Assembly (NCBI GenBank): GCA_043814985.1
Contig: JBDRJK010000014.1
Location: 34,369 to 98,368, forward strand
Direction of reading: 5' to 3'
From: Candidatus Aenigmatarchaeota archaeon
GTDB lineage: Archaea; Aenigmatarchaeota; Aenigmatarchaeia; Aenigmatarchaeales; Aenigmatarchaeaceae
DNA length: 64,000 nucleotides
The notes beneath the pieces are model-generated. The model saw only the letters and a list, made by a program, of their open reading frames with translations. It was not told the DNA's origin and searched no databases. A program made the translations under genes and the position numbers. Below are positions 47,376 through 57,196 of the stretch, piece by piece; position 1 is the stretch's first letter; each line of letters starts with the position of its first letter.

Positions 47376-48665
47376 ATGCTTGATATAAAAGTTATAAGGG
47401 AGAATCCGACCATTGTAGAAACTGACTTGGATAAAAGGGGAGACAATGAAAGGAAGAAAATCCTGAAGAAACTTGTTGAAGACGATAAGAAATACAGGGA
47501 ACTTCTCCAAGAGGTGGAAGACTTAAAACACAAGAGAAACGTTCTTTCCAAGGAAATAGCTTTATTGAAAAAGGACAACAAGGATGCTGCTTCAAAACTA
47601 AAGGAAGCTGCAGAAATTCCAGAAAAAATTAAGAAACTGGAAGAAGAAATTTCAAAATTAAAAGAAAATATTGATTTGGCCTTATACAGGATACCCAACC
47701 TTCTCCATGAGTCTGTTCCTGTTGGCAAGGACGAGTCCGAGAATGTTGAGATAAGGAGATGGGGGAAACCTCCTAAATTTGATTTCGAGCCAAAAAGCCA
47801 TTTTGAAATATTGAATGACCTTGGGATGATAGATGCTGAGGCAGCTGCAAGGGTTTCAGGCAGCCTGTTCTTCTTTTACAAGGGTCCAATTGTTTTGTTA
47901 GACCTTGCATTGCAAAGATTTGCTCTGGATATCATGGCCAAAGAGGGATTCCAGATTATTTATCCACCATTCATGGTCAATAAGAAAGTCTACGAAGGAA
48001 TGATAGGAGACCCTACTGACTTTGCTGAAGCGAGCTACAAGATAGAAGGAGAAGAGCTGTATCTGATACCAACAGCAGAATATCCACTTGGGGGAATGTA
48101 CATAGACCAAACCATCAATCAAAAAGACCTGCCCTTGAAGTTATGCGGTGTAAGCTCCTGTTTCAGAAAAGAGGTTGGCACGCACGGCAAGTTCTCTAAG
48201 GGCTTGTACAGGATGCACCAGTTCAACAAGGTTGAGATGATTGTGATGTGTTTGCCTGAAGAGTCTTGGGACTTCCATGAAAAAATGCAGAAAATTTGCG
48301 AAAGTGTCTACCAACAATTGGGTTTGCATTACAGGGTCGTTAATGTTTGCACTGGCGACATAGGAACCAAGGCATCCAAGAAGTATGATACAGAGATATG
48401 GATGGCTGATGGAAATTTCAGAGAGGTCGGTTCCAATTCAAATGTTCTGGATTATCAGGCAAGAAACTTGAACACAAAATACAGAGAAAAAGAGGGTCAA
48501 GCCCCAAAGGGATTTGTACACATTCTTAACAATACAGTTCTAGCAACCTCAAGAACAATGCTTGCTATTCTAGAGCAATACCAACAAAAGGACGGAACAG
48601 TACTAATACCAAAAGTTCTGCTGCCCTACATGGGTGGAATCAAAAAACTTGAAAAGCTCAAGTAA
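47376..48665 (+). CDS. serS: Serine--tRNA ligase
   Basis: MLDIK..R.N, IPN, LIPTAE, FRKEVG, GLYRMHQFNKVE, KKYD.E, HILNNT. Confidence 0.95.
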   Translation: MLDIKVIRENPTIVETDLDKRGDNERKKILKKLVEDDKKYRELLQEVEDLKHKRNVLSKEIALLKKDNKDAASKLKEAAEIPEKIKKLEEEISKLKENIDLALYRIPNLLHESVPVGKDESENVEIRRWGKPPKFDFEPKSHFEILNDLGMIDAEAAARVSGSLFFFYKGPIVLLDLALQRFALDIMAKEGFQIIYPPFMVNKKVYEGMIGDPTDFAEASYKIEGEELYLIPTAEYPLGGMYIDQTINQKDLPLKLCGVSSCFRKEVGTHGKFSKGLYRMHQFNKVEMIVMCLPEESWDFHEKMQKICESVYQQLGLHYRVVNVCTGDIGTKASKKYDTEIWMADGNFREVGSNSNVLDYQARNLNTKYREKEGQAPKGFVHILNNTVLATSRTMLAILEQYQQKDGTVLIPKVLLPYMGGIKKLEKLK

Positions 48666-48667
48666 GA

Positions 48668-48940
48668 CTACCATCTGTCTCTAGGGTTTCTGGGTATTAT
48701 GATCCATGCTATCAGGTATGCCAACAGACCACTTCCGTATGCCAATCCGAAAATAATCCAGAGTATTCTGACTATGGTCGGGTCAACGTTGAAATAGTCT
48801 GCCAAACCACCGCAGACACCGCCGAGTATCTTGTTCTTTCCAGATCTATACAGTCTTTTTATTTCAGCTCTTCTGCTAGTTGTTCTACTAGTCCTTCTGC
48901 TGGCTGTTCTCCTGCTTTTCACTTCGCGCTTTTTTGCCAT
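48668..48940 (-). CDS. pspC: PspC domain protein
   Basis: KRLYRS..KILGGVCGGLADYFNVDPTIVR...YLIAWIIIP. Confidence 0.9.
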   Translation of the reverse strand: MAKKREVKSRRTASRRTSRTTSRRAEIKRLYRSGKNKILGGVCGGLADYFNVDPTIVRILWIIFGLAYGSGLLAYLIAWIIIPRNPRDRW

Positions 48941-48976
48941 AGAAATAGTATATAGAAACAGGGATTTAAAATACAA

Positions 48977-49381
48977 CTACATTTTATTATTTTCTATATT
49001 TTTAAGAAAATCCATGATTTCAGTCATGACAGATGTTGTGAAATAATTACAAACAGAAGTTGCAGGAACCCACTTCAATTCCTTTAAACCACCGCCAGCC
49101 CTTTCAATTCCCTTGCCAGTACATTCAAAATATACTATAACAGCATTGATACTGGACTCAGGCATTATTCTAGCAGCAATAATTCTCTTTACATCAATAT
49201 CCAAACCAGTCTCCCTTTTAGCAATTTCTTTAATCTCCCTTTCGAAATCCAAGCTTTCCAGCTTTCCTCCTGGGAAGACCCATGTCAAGTGCTCGACAAA
49301 CTTGTCCTTCTCCTTTCTATTTCCAATCAACACATTTCCATTCTTATGAATTATTGCCAAGCCAACAACCATAAACTCCAT
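48977..49381 (-). CDS. NUDIX hydrolase
   Basis: WVFPGGKLE...AKRETGL, degenerate Nudix box. Confidence 0.8.
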   Translation of the reverse strand: MEFMVVGLAIIHKNGNVLIGNRKEKDKFVEHLTWVFPGGKLESLDFEREIKEIAKRETGLDIDVKRIIAARIMPESSINAVIVYFECTGKGIERAGGGLKELKWVPATSVCNYFTTSVMTEIMDFLKNIENNKM

Positions 49382-49443
49382 GAATAAAGTTCAATTATGA
49401 AAATATTTAAATATTAGTCTATATTATATGATAAACGATTTTC

Positions 49444-50562
49444 ATGGAACTAAACATATGGGACTTGCCAATAAACAAGTTTTATGTTAAGTTGAATAAG
49501 GATTTTGTAGAAGAGGCTTTGAGTAAAATAAAATCTAAATATGGCAGTTACAAAAAATTTTATAATAAATACAACATAGTAGAAAGCACCTTTTTTGGTT
49601 GGCGTAGAAACTGCCTTTACCCCTTACCAATTGTTATTAAACTTTGTAAACTGCTGGGCATACCCTTGGATTATATGCAAAAAAGCGTAACAGAATTAAA
49701 AAGCAAGCCATACCCTTCCAAGGGTGGAGATATAAGTTCTCCCATATTTCCAAATTTTCCCTTGAAACTATCCTTAGAACTTGTTAGACTAATAGCCCAC
49801 ATGTTGGGCGATGGTTGCATAACTCTCAATAAAAAGGGGCATTACAATTTTCAATATTACAATAAAAGTGAACATCTCAGAGAAATGTTTAAAGCCGACT
49901 CAAGAAAAGTTTTTGGAAATTTGTATATACATGAAGCTGTCAACAAAGGAACGCCATACATATTTTTACCTGCACCCGTTGCTATAATATTTCTCCATTT
50001 AGTGAAGGATTTTCACAGCAAGAAAAGTAGAGTGCCCAAATTCATAAAAACATCCTCTTCCAAAGTAAAGAGAGAGTTCATTAAGTCTATCTTTGACGAT
50101 GAAGGCTCTGTCAAATTTAGGAAGAATGAAAGAAATATAGAATTTGCACTGTCAAACAAGCCATTTGTAAATGATGTAAAAATATTATTGAATGAATTTG
50201 GAATAAAGACTTCTAAGATTTCAGAAAGAACTGATAAAAAAGGATATTACAAGGCTTATTTTTACATAAGAAACTACCATAACATTTCTAAGTTTTATAA
50301 ATCCATAGGATTTTATCATCCGAAAAAACAGAAAAAACTAGAGGAAATTATTAAGTTTCCGGGAAGAAAGAGCTATGCTCGCGGTGAGACGAAGAAACTC
50401 ATTATAAACTTGTTAGAAGAAAGACCTTTTAGTACCTTTGAACTTTCCAAGAAACTTGAAAGAAGTATAGTTAATGTAGATATTTTTGCCAGAAGACTTA
50501 AGAACGATGGAAAGATAGAGCGTTTTAAGACTGGTAAACAACTATTATGGAGAGTGAAATAA
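49444..50562 (+). mobile_element. Free-standing two-motif LAGLIDADG (DOD-type) endonuclease-like protein with HTH domains
   Basis: LIAHMLGDG and FIKSIFDDEGS motifs, IGFYHPKK, HTH-like N- and C-termini, AT-rich, no intein splice residues. Confidence 0.8.
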
Positions 50563-52833
50563 ATGGTTATAATAATTATTTGTGAAAAACCTGATGCGGC
50601 AATGAGGATGTCTAGAGCATTGGCAGAGAAGGACCTGAAGAAGAAGACGAGCAAGTACGGCGTTGACTACTACGAATTCATGAGGAACGGCAAGAAGCAC
50701 ATTGTTGTTGCAGCTGTTGGCCACCTCTTCAACCTAAAACAAAACGGCAAGGGTTGGGACTATCCTGTTTTTGACGCTGACTGGGTGCCTTCTTTCAAGG
50801 CCATCAAAACATCAGCCTTCTCGGAGAAATACTTCAGGACAATAGAGCAAATAGCAAATGAAAACAAGAACAGCAAACTAATCAGTGCGGCTGACTATGA
50901 CAACGAAGGGTCTGTGATAGCCGCAAACATAATCAAGTTTATTTTCAATCAGGACGACGCCAAGCGTATGAAGTTCTCCACCCTAACCAAGCCTGACCTG
51001 ATAAAGTCCTACGATGAGATGATGCCACATTTAGATACAGGAAATATCGAGTCGGGAGTTGCAAGGCACTATCTTGATTATTTCTACGGAGTATCAACAA
51101 CAAGAGCATTGACACTTGCTGTCAAGAAGAACTCAAAAAGATTCTCAATAGTTTCAACTGGCAGAGTCCAGGGACCTGTGCTGACAATGCTTGCCAACAA
51201 GGAGCTTGAGATAAACAGGTTCAAGCCAAAGCCCTACTGGCAATTACAAATGATTTTGCTAATTAATGGAAACGAGGTTATTGCCCTTTATGAAAAGGAG
51301 AAGATGTGGGACGAGAAAGAGGCTACAAAAATATTCAAGGCGGTAAAGGGAAAGGCAGCTGTTGTCGATGATGTCAACAAGAGAGAATACAAGCAAGCAC
51401 CACCAAAGCCTTTCAACATAACCTCCTTGCAAACAGAAGCTTACAGACTGTTCGGCTATTCACCGCAAATGACCTTGGGAATAGCGCAGAAGCTCTACAC
51501 AAGCGCTTTCATTTCTTATCCGAGAACATCATCAGAGAAGTTGCTGCCTCAGATTGGTTATAAGGAAATCTTGAAGGCCTTGTCAAACATCAAGAAGTAC
51601 AAGAAATTGTGCGATGAACTTTTGAAGGAAAAGGATTTGACGCCAACCGAGGGCAAGAGAACAGATCCAGCCCACGAGGCAATACACCCGACAGTCGAGC
51701 CGCCCAAGTCAGTAGCAAGACTGAGGGCATCGTCCCAAAGGATTTACGATTTGATATGCAGGAGATACCTTACCTGCTTTGGCAAGCCTGCGACAAGGGA
51801 GAGCATGAAAGTCACTATCAAAGTTAATGGTAATAAATTCATAACAACTGGAAGAAGGACACTTGAAAAAGGCTGGATGCAGTACTACGGACCTTATGCG
51901 AAGTTCGACGAGATTGTTCTGCCTGACTTGAAGAAAGGCGACAAGCTGAAGATTAAAACATTAGATATGTTGAGCAAGGAGACATCACCACCCCCAAGGT
52001 TTTCCCAGGCAGCCATGATCAAGGAAATGGAAAAAAGAGGCTTGGGAACAAGGGCTACCAGGGCAGCCATCATGCAGACTTTGTACAACAGGAGCTATGT
52101 CATGGGTAAGAGCATTAAGGTCACTACACTGGGATTAAAGGTTGCAATGAACCTGAAGAAGTATGTTCCTGATTTTGTTGACGAGAAGCTCACAAGAAGG
52201 TTTGAGAAGGACCTGGAAAAAATAATGCAGGAAAAAGTGAAGAAGGAGAAGATACTGAGCAAGGCCAAGAAGGTTGTTACAAAGATATGCGACGAGTTCA
52301 GGAAGAACGAGGACGAGATTGGTAAGGGACTTGGCGAAGCCATTATAGAGACGCAGAACAAAAAGGCAACACTTGGTCCATGCCCCAACTGTGACGGGAC
52401 CTTGAAGATAATGTTCAGCCCGTTTTCCAAGAAAATGTTTGTGGGATGCACCAGCTATTCAAGGTGCAAGAAGTGCGGCTTCACTAAAAAGGCCTGCAAG
52501 TGCAAGTGTCCCATTTGCAAAGGTCAGAAAGGGAAATGTAAATGTAGCTGGAAGGAGAAAGTATGGATGCCATCATGCCAGACAGGCTTCCCGTTGCCGC
52601 ATAATGCTTCCTTCACGAGTCTGGAGAAGCTCTGCGACAAGTGCAACACGCCAATTATCAGGGTCATGAGAAAGGGCAAGAGGCCCTTCAAGATGTGTCT
52701 TGATCCCAATTGTGTAACAAAGGCTGATTGGGGCAAGAAAAAAGAGAAGAAAGGCAAGACAACTAAGGCAGTGAAGAAAGCAATCAAGAAGACTGTTAAG
52801 AAAAAGGCTTCTAAGAATCCCAAAAAGAAGTGA
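50563..52833 (+). CDS. topA: DNA topoisomerase I (type IA)
   Basis: CEKP, GHLF, DYDNEG, STGRVQ, ISYPRT, AHEAIHP, GLGTRATR, C-terminal Zn ribbons. Confidence 0.95.
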   Translation: MVIIIICEKPDAAMRMSRALAEKDLKKKTSKYGVDYYEFMRNGKKHIVVAAVGHLFNLKQNGKGWDYPVFDADWVPSFKAIKTSAFSEKYFRTIEQIANENKNSKLISAADYDNEGSVIAANIIKFIFNQDDAKRMKFSTLTKPDLIKSYDEMMPHLDTGNIESGVARHYLDYFYGVSTTRALTLAVKKNSKRFSIVSTGRVQGPVLTMLANKELEINRFKPKPYWQLQMILLINGNEVIALYEKEKMWDEKEATKIFKAVKGKAAVVDDVNKREYKQAPPKPFNITSLQTEAYRLFGYSPQMTLGIAQKLYTSAFISYPRTSSEKLLPQIGYKEILKALSNIKKYKKLCDELLKEKDLTPTEGKRTDPAHEAIHPTVEPPKSVARLRASSQRIYDLICRRYLTCFGKPATRESMKVTIKVNGNKFITTGRRTLEKGWMQYYGPYAKFDEIVLPDLKKGDKLKIKTLDMLSKETSPPPRFSQAAMIKEMEKRGLGTRATRAAIMQTLYNRSYVMGKSIKVTTLGLKVAMNLKKYVPDFVDEKLTRRFEKDLEKIMQEKVKKEKILSKAKKVVTKICDEFRKNEDEIGKGLGEAIIETQNKKATLGPCPNCDGTLKIMFSPFSKKMFVGCTSYSRCKKCGFTKKACKCKCPICKGQKGKCKCSWKEKVWMPSCQTGFPLPHNASFTSLEKLCDKCNTPIIRVMRKGKRPFKMCLDPNCVTKADWGKKKEKKGKTTKAVKKAIKKTVKKKASKNPKKK

Positions 52834-52872
52834 GCTTAAATCGTTTTTTGTTCTTAGTAATTAGGGGGTATT

Positions 52873-53649
52873 ATGAGAAGATACATGACAAAAGAAGATG
52901 TTGTTGAAAAAACAAATGAAAATGTAGACTTATTTTTCTTTGATCTTAATAATTCAACTGTCAAAAGAAATAGAGTTAGAAACTTTCATTCCTTCAAGGA
53001 GTTTTTCAAAAATACTACAAGACCTCCTATCTACAAAAATTTGAAGATGGGAAAGATATACTTTTCAGAAAATTTGAAGGACTGGAGAAGTGATGATAAG
53101 ATTGGCAGTTTCATGCCAGCGGCATGCCATGTTTTTCTTTTTGATGTGACAAAAGAAGATTTCTACGAGGCAGGAACAGATTATTGTAAGAATAATGAGA
53201 TTCCTTACATCAAGAGATTTCAAAATAATGTTAGAAATCTCAACATAGAGACCATCTTGATAACTAGACATGTCTTTCCAGAGCCATATGTGAAGTATTT
53301 TGAATTTGGTGACAAGGTTTCAAATTATACTAAATTTGACAGCAAAGGCAGGTTCAAGCGCTTCGATATTCCCATCAGGACTGGGGAAGACAAGCTAAAG
53401 GCTGCAAAGCTAAAAGTCAGGGAAAAGAACCTGACGCTTGATAGATGTGCTGCTATGGTTGACGGAATCAATGACATTCCATTGGTTGAGGCGTTGACTG
53501 AGGAAGGTGGTTTAACTTTGGCAAGCCCGCTTGCAAAACCAGAACTGGCAAAAAAAGTAGACTATCATATAAAGAGTTTTGAAGATCTTGGTGTTCTGGC
53601 AAGGATGCTGGAAAAAGAAATGCCACAATTTAAACCTTTGAGTATCTAG
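52873..53649 (+). CDS. HAD-superfamily-like protein
   Basis: FFFDLNNST (motif I-like) and VDGINDIP (motif IV-like). Confidence 0.5.
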   Translation: MRRYMTKEDVVEKTNENVDLFFFDLNNSTVKRNRVRNFHSFKEFFKNTTRPPIYKNLKMGKIYFSENLKDWRSDDKIGSFMPAACHVFLFDVTKEDFYEAGTDYCKNNEIPYIKRFQNNVRNLNIETILITRHVFPEPYVKYFEFGDKVSNYTKFDSKGRFKRFDIPIRTGEDKLKAAKLKVREKNLTLDRCAAMVDGINDIPLVEALTEEGGLTLASPLAKPELAKKVDYHIKSFEDLGVLARMLEKEMPQFKPLSI

Positions 53650-53918
53650 CCACTTCCTAATCCAATCACAAAGCTGTACACACCTTTTATAATAAGAATC
53701 ACCCACAGCCATGGAAGGCTGAAATTGAATACCAGCATCAGGCCTGCTATCATGTCAATGACACCCAATACAAGGAACATCTTTGAAGAAATGCCCCCTA
53801 AAGCAGAGGTCAATCCCTTGAACAATAAGATTATCCCCAGATAAAACCCTAGGAAATTGGGAAACAGTAAGCTTATGCCTGCAAGTATGTCTATCAGGCC
53901 AACAATAGCTAAGAGCAT
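53646..53918 (-). CDS. Small multi-TM membrane protein
   Basis: Hydrophobic 90 aa with an internal two-fold repeat (G.ID..AG...KG). Confidence 0.7.
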   Translation of the reverse strand: MLLAIVGLIDILAGISLLFPNFLGFYLGIILLFKGLTSALGGISSKMFLVLGVIDMIAGLMLVFNFSLPWLWVILIIKGVYSFVIGLGSG

Positions 53919-53980
53919 AATAACAATTCTAACATAGAATTTAAATCCTTTTATAATTCATAATAGAATGAAGTGATAAC

Positions 53981-54823
53981 ATGGATTTTGCATGTCTAGA
54001 ATTGAGGAATCCCACAACGAACGCTCCTGGAGTTAATTCTTCAACACCTGATTTATTGAAGAGCTGGGAGGATGCTGGAATAGGAGCAGTTGTAACAAAA
54101 CCCATTGGAATGGTAGCAAGGACTGGCAATCCTAATCCGACTCTGATAAATCCCTATCCTGGAGTCTACATTAATTGCATGGGCCTTCCAGGGCCAGGTT
54201 ACAAGTATTTTCTAAATGAATTAAGTGAATATAATTTTGAAGTACCTGTTATAATTCAGATACACGGCAAAGACGAGAAAGAATTCAACCATCTGATAAG
54301 CTATGCGCATGATTACGGGGATGGTTTCGAGGTGAATGTTTCCTGTCCCCATGCAAAGTTAGGAGGTTTTCACATAGGCTTTGACTCATATGTCTTGAGA
54401 AGGGTTTTGAAGGAGTCAAGGAAAGCAACTGACAAGCCAATTGGTGTCAAACTTCCCTATTATTCTTCTGACGACAGGAAGCTGGAGAAGGTTGTCAGAG
54501 TTATAGAAGAGACTGGTATGGATTGGATAACAGAGATTAACACACTTAGGGCAATGGACTATGATCCAATAGTTGGAAAACCTCGATTATCGAATACATT
54601 TGGTGGGCAGTCTGGAAAATCAATTCATTTCTGCGCTTTGGCTCAGGTCAAAAAAACAAGAGAGCTTACATATTTGCCTATAGCTGGTAGTGGTGGTGTT
54701 GAGAATTCCTATGATGCTAAGAGATTCTTTGGTGTGGGTGCGAATGTCGTCCAGCTTGGTACTGGTTTGGAAATCTATAAGAATGTGGAAGAGTTTGTTA
54801 AAGCAGTATTAAAAGATTTGTAA
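53981..54823 (+). CDS. pyrD: Dihydroorotate dehydrogenase (family 1)
   Basis: VTK, RTGNPNP, INCMGL, NVSCPH, VKL, INT, GGQSG, GSGG. Confidence 0.92.
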   Translation: MDFACLELRNPTTNAPGVNSSTPDLLKSWEDAGIGAVVTKPIGMVARTGNPNPTLINPYPGVYINCMGLPGPGYKYFLNELSEYNFEVPVIIQIHGKDEKEFNHLISYAHDYGDGFEVNVSCPHAKLGGFHIGFDSYVLRRVLKESRKATDKPIGVKLPYYSSDDRKLEKVVRVIEETGMDWITEINTLRAMDYDPIVGKPRLSNTFGGQSGKSIHFCALAQVKKTRELTYLPIAGSGGVENSYDAKRFFGVGANVVQLGTGLEIYKNVEEFVKAVLKDL

Positions 54824-54881
54824 ATCATTCGTAATGCCAGTTACGTATAAATATTTTCTTTGTTTAATAAGAAATGATAAA

Positions 54882-55649
54882 ATGGGATTCTCCAGTCTAA
54901 ACCATGGAATTATTCCAGCGCTTGATGTGAACACCCTTGAAGAGGCCACAAGAATTATTATTGAAGTGGATGATGTAAAGGGTATTGTAGGCTATAAAGC
55001 AGGAAAAATATTACAGACCAATTATATTCTAAAAGATGTTCTTGATGCGACTAGCAGGGCTACAAATAAACCAGTAATACTGGACCCACAGAAAGAGGGA
55101 AATGATGTAGAATTTACAGAACCAAACTTTATAGCCAATTACGCCAATGCAGGGGTAAAGACAATGATAATGTTTCCATTTTCTAGTCCTAGAGTACAAG
55201 CAACATGTGTCAAAGCATGCCGTAATAATAACGTATTGCCTATCGGAGGTTTTAGGTTAACACAAAAAGGGTTTGATGAAACAAATGAAGTGGAGATGGG
55301 AGACATTGATCCCGTTTTTGAAGGTATGAAATTCAGAGGTTATATTTCTAGTGATGCAGAGAAAAGGGCTTTACAAGTTTATGCTTTAATGGGTGTAGAA
55401 CATTACATAGGGCCTGGAAACAAAATAGATGAGTTAACAAATATGAAAAATATGCTTAAAGATTATGGAGCCAATCCGAGCTTCTTAATGCCTGGGATAG
55501 GAAGGCAAGGAGGAGATATTTATTCTGCTTTCAAGGCTGTTGAAGATTGTCCTGGAGCATACGGCATAGTAGGCTCTGGTATACACAAAGCCAAAGATAA
55601 AGTCGAAGCAGCAGAAAAACTCTGTGAAGAAGCCTTGAAGTTCGAGTGA
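54882..55649 (+). CDS. pyrF: Orotidine 5'-phosphate decarboxylase (divergent)
   Basis: IIPALDV, GYKAG, MPGIGRQGG, IVGS; lies between pyrD and pyrE. Confidence 0.8.
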   Translation: MGFSSLNHGIIPALDVNTLEEATRIIIEVDDVKGIVGYKAGKILQTNYILKDVLDATSRATNKPVILDPQKEGNDVEFTEPNFIANYANAGVKTMIMFPFSSPRVQATCVKACRNNNVLPIGGFRLTQKGFDETNEVEMGDIDPVFEGMKFRGYISSDAEKRALQVYALMGVEHYIGPGNKIDELTNMKNMLKDYGANPSFLMPGIGRQGGDIYSAFKAVEDCPGAYGIVGSGIHKAKDKVEAAEKLCEEALKFE

Positions 55650-55655
55650 TTTTAT

Positions 55656-56342
55656 ATGGAATTAACCAAATCTAAAATGAAACTGCTTGAGGCGGCAATA
55701 CCATCTGGAACACTAAAGTTTGGTGAGTTCAAGTTGAAATCTGGTAGAATATCCCCTTACTTCTGGAATGCTGCTGCGATGAGTGATGGAAATTCTTGCT
55801 CTCTTGAAGGCATAGCTTACGCGACAAAATTAACCGAGATAGGAACTGATAAGTTTGATGTGGTGTTTGGTCCCGCGTACAAAGCCATACCAATTTCTGT
55901 CTCAACAGCAATCTCCCTGAAAAGAGACTATGATATAAATAAGATGTTTGCATACGACAGGAAACTACCCAAGGACCATGGTGACCCTATGGACAGGCTA
56001 ATCAATGGCAGGCTTGATACAGGTGACAGGATAATGATTCTTGATGATGTTATAACAACCGGGAAGACAAAGAAAGATGAAATTAAACTGTTGGATGATC
56101 TTAACAAGGAACTGGAAGTTGTTGGAATTTTAATTGGTTTGAACAGGAAGGAAACAGACAAGGAAGGCAACGATCCTGTTAAGGTTTTGCAAGATGAGGT
56201 AGGCGTTCCAGTTTATAGTATTTTGAATTCTGTGGACATATTTGAATTGTTGCACAACAAAGAAATTCTAGGTAATGTTTGGGTAGACGATGAGAAATAT
56301 AATCAATTTCAAGAATACAAAGCAAAATACGGCGTAAACTAA
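55656..56342 (+). CDS. pyrE: Orotate phosphoribosyltransferase
   Basis: FGEFKLKSGRISPYF, FGPAYKAIP, RK..KDHG, ILDDVITTG. Confidence 0.95.
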   Translation: MELTKSKMKLLEAAIPSGTLKFGEFKLKSGRISPYFWNAAAMSDGNSCSLEGIAYATKLTEIGTDKFDVVFGPAYKAIPISVSTAISLKRDYDINKMFAYDRKLPKDHGDPMDRLINGRLDTGDRIMILDDVITTGKTKKDEIKLLDDLNKELEVVGILIGLNRKETDKEGNDPVKVLQDEVGVPVYSILNSVDIFELLHNKEILGNVWVDDEKYNQFQEYKAKYGVN

Positions 56343-56408
56343 TTTAAGAAACACTTTCTTTATTTAAGATTTTCAGTCTAAACTGATATCTTTAAATAGT
56401 TTTTATGT

Positions 56409-56765
56409 ATGTATATACTAACTATGAAAATAGAGATACACAAAAAAGACGAGAAGACAGCGATCCTGATAAGCTTTGACACGGTCAGGGAAAAGTTCGA
56501 ATCGCCTTCAGAACGAAACAGATTCTACTGGGAGTTACATGGAAGGAAGCAGGTTGTAATAAAGAAATCTAAAAGGTACAAATATCATAGAGAAGGACTT
56601 CTAGAGGAAATACCTAATATCAAGGTCTCTGACTCTGTTTTCATAATTGCTATGGAGCACATGAAGAGGATGATGAATTTTTTTGACGAGTGGGATGACA
56701 AGGTTGAACTGAAGACATTCCCAGTATTGCTTGATAAAGAAGAGATGAGAGAGGTTGAAGAATGA
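56409..56765 (+). CDS. Hypothetical protein, possibly Cas2/VapD-like ferredoxin fold
   Basis: ILISFD strand, R..F...L helix, SVFII strand; start may be a few codons downstream. Confidence 0.5.
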   Translation: MYILTMKIEIHKKDEKTAILISFDTVREKFESPSERNRFYWELHGRKQVVIKKSKRYKYHREGLLEEIPNIKVSDSVFIIAMEHMKRMMNFFDEWDDKVELKTFPVLLDKEEMREVEE

Positions 56766-57196
56766 AAGTTGTGAGAGCTGGAGCCGGCATAATTGTTTTA
56801 AAGGATGGAAAAGTCCTATTGGGAAAGAGGAACGATGATCCTGAAAAGGCTGATACGGAATTGCACACTGAAGGCATGTGGACCTGCCCAGGAGGCAAGA
56901 TAGACTTTGGTGAAAAGGCAATTGATGCAGCCAAGAGAGAACTCATGGAGGAGACAGGAATAAGGGGAAATGACCTGAAGGTAGTGGCTGTCACAGACCA
57001 CATTGTCCCTGACGCGCATTTTGTCACATTAGGTTTCCTATGCAAGGAATTCGAAGGCGAACCAAAAGTGATGGAGCCTGAAGAGATAACAGAATGGAGA
57101 TGGTTCCCCATAAACAAACTACCAGAACCCATCAATTATGCGAGCTTAAAGGTAATAGATAATTATTTGAAAGGTAAAATCTATAATGGTGATTAA
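56762..57196 (+). CDS. NUDIX hydrolase (NUDT15-like)
   Basis: VLLGKR, WTCPGGKIDFGE...AAKRELMEETG, MEPEE..EWRWF. Confidence 0.9.
   Translation: MKVVRAGAGIIVLKDGKVLLGKRNDDPEKADTELHTEGMWTCPGGKIDFGEKAIDAAKRELMEETGIRGNDLKVVAVTDHIVPDAHFVTLGFLCKEFEGEPKVMEPEEITEWRWFPINKLPEPINYASLKVIDNYLKGKIYNGD

Noticed and set aside
49444..50562. Intein in topA
   Set aside because: Separate ORF with its own stop; no N-terminal Cys/Ser or C-terminal His-Asn splice motifs.
53968..53976. Minimal uORFs (ATG AAG TGA before pyrD; similar at 20351 and 46464)
   Set aside because: They arise readily from SD-like sequences (GTGA, TGAGG) in AT-rich DNA; no independent support.
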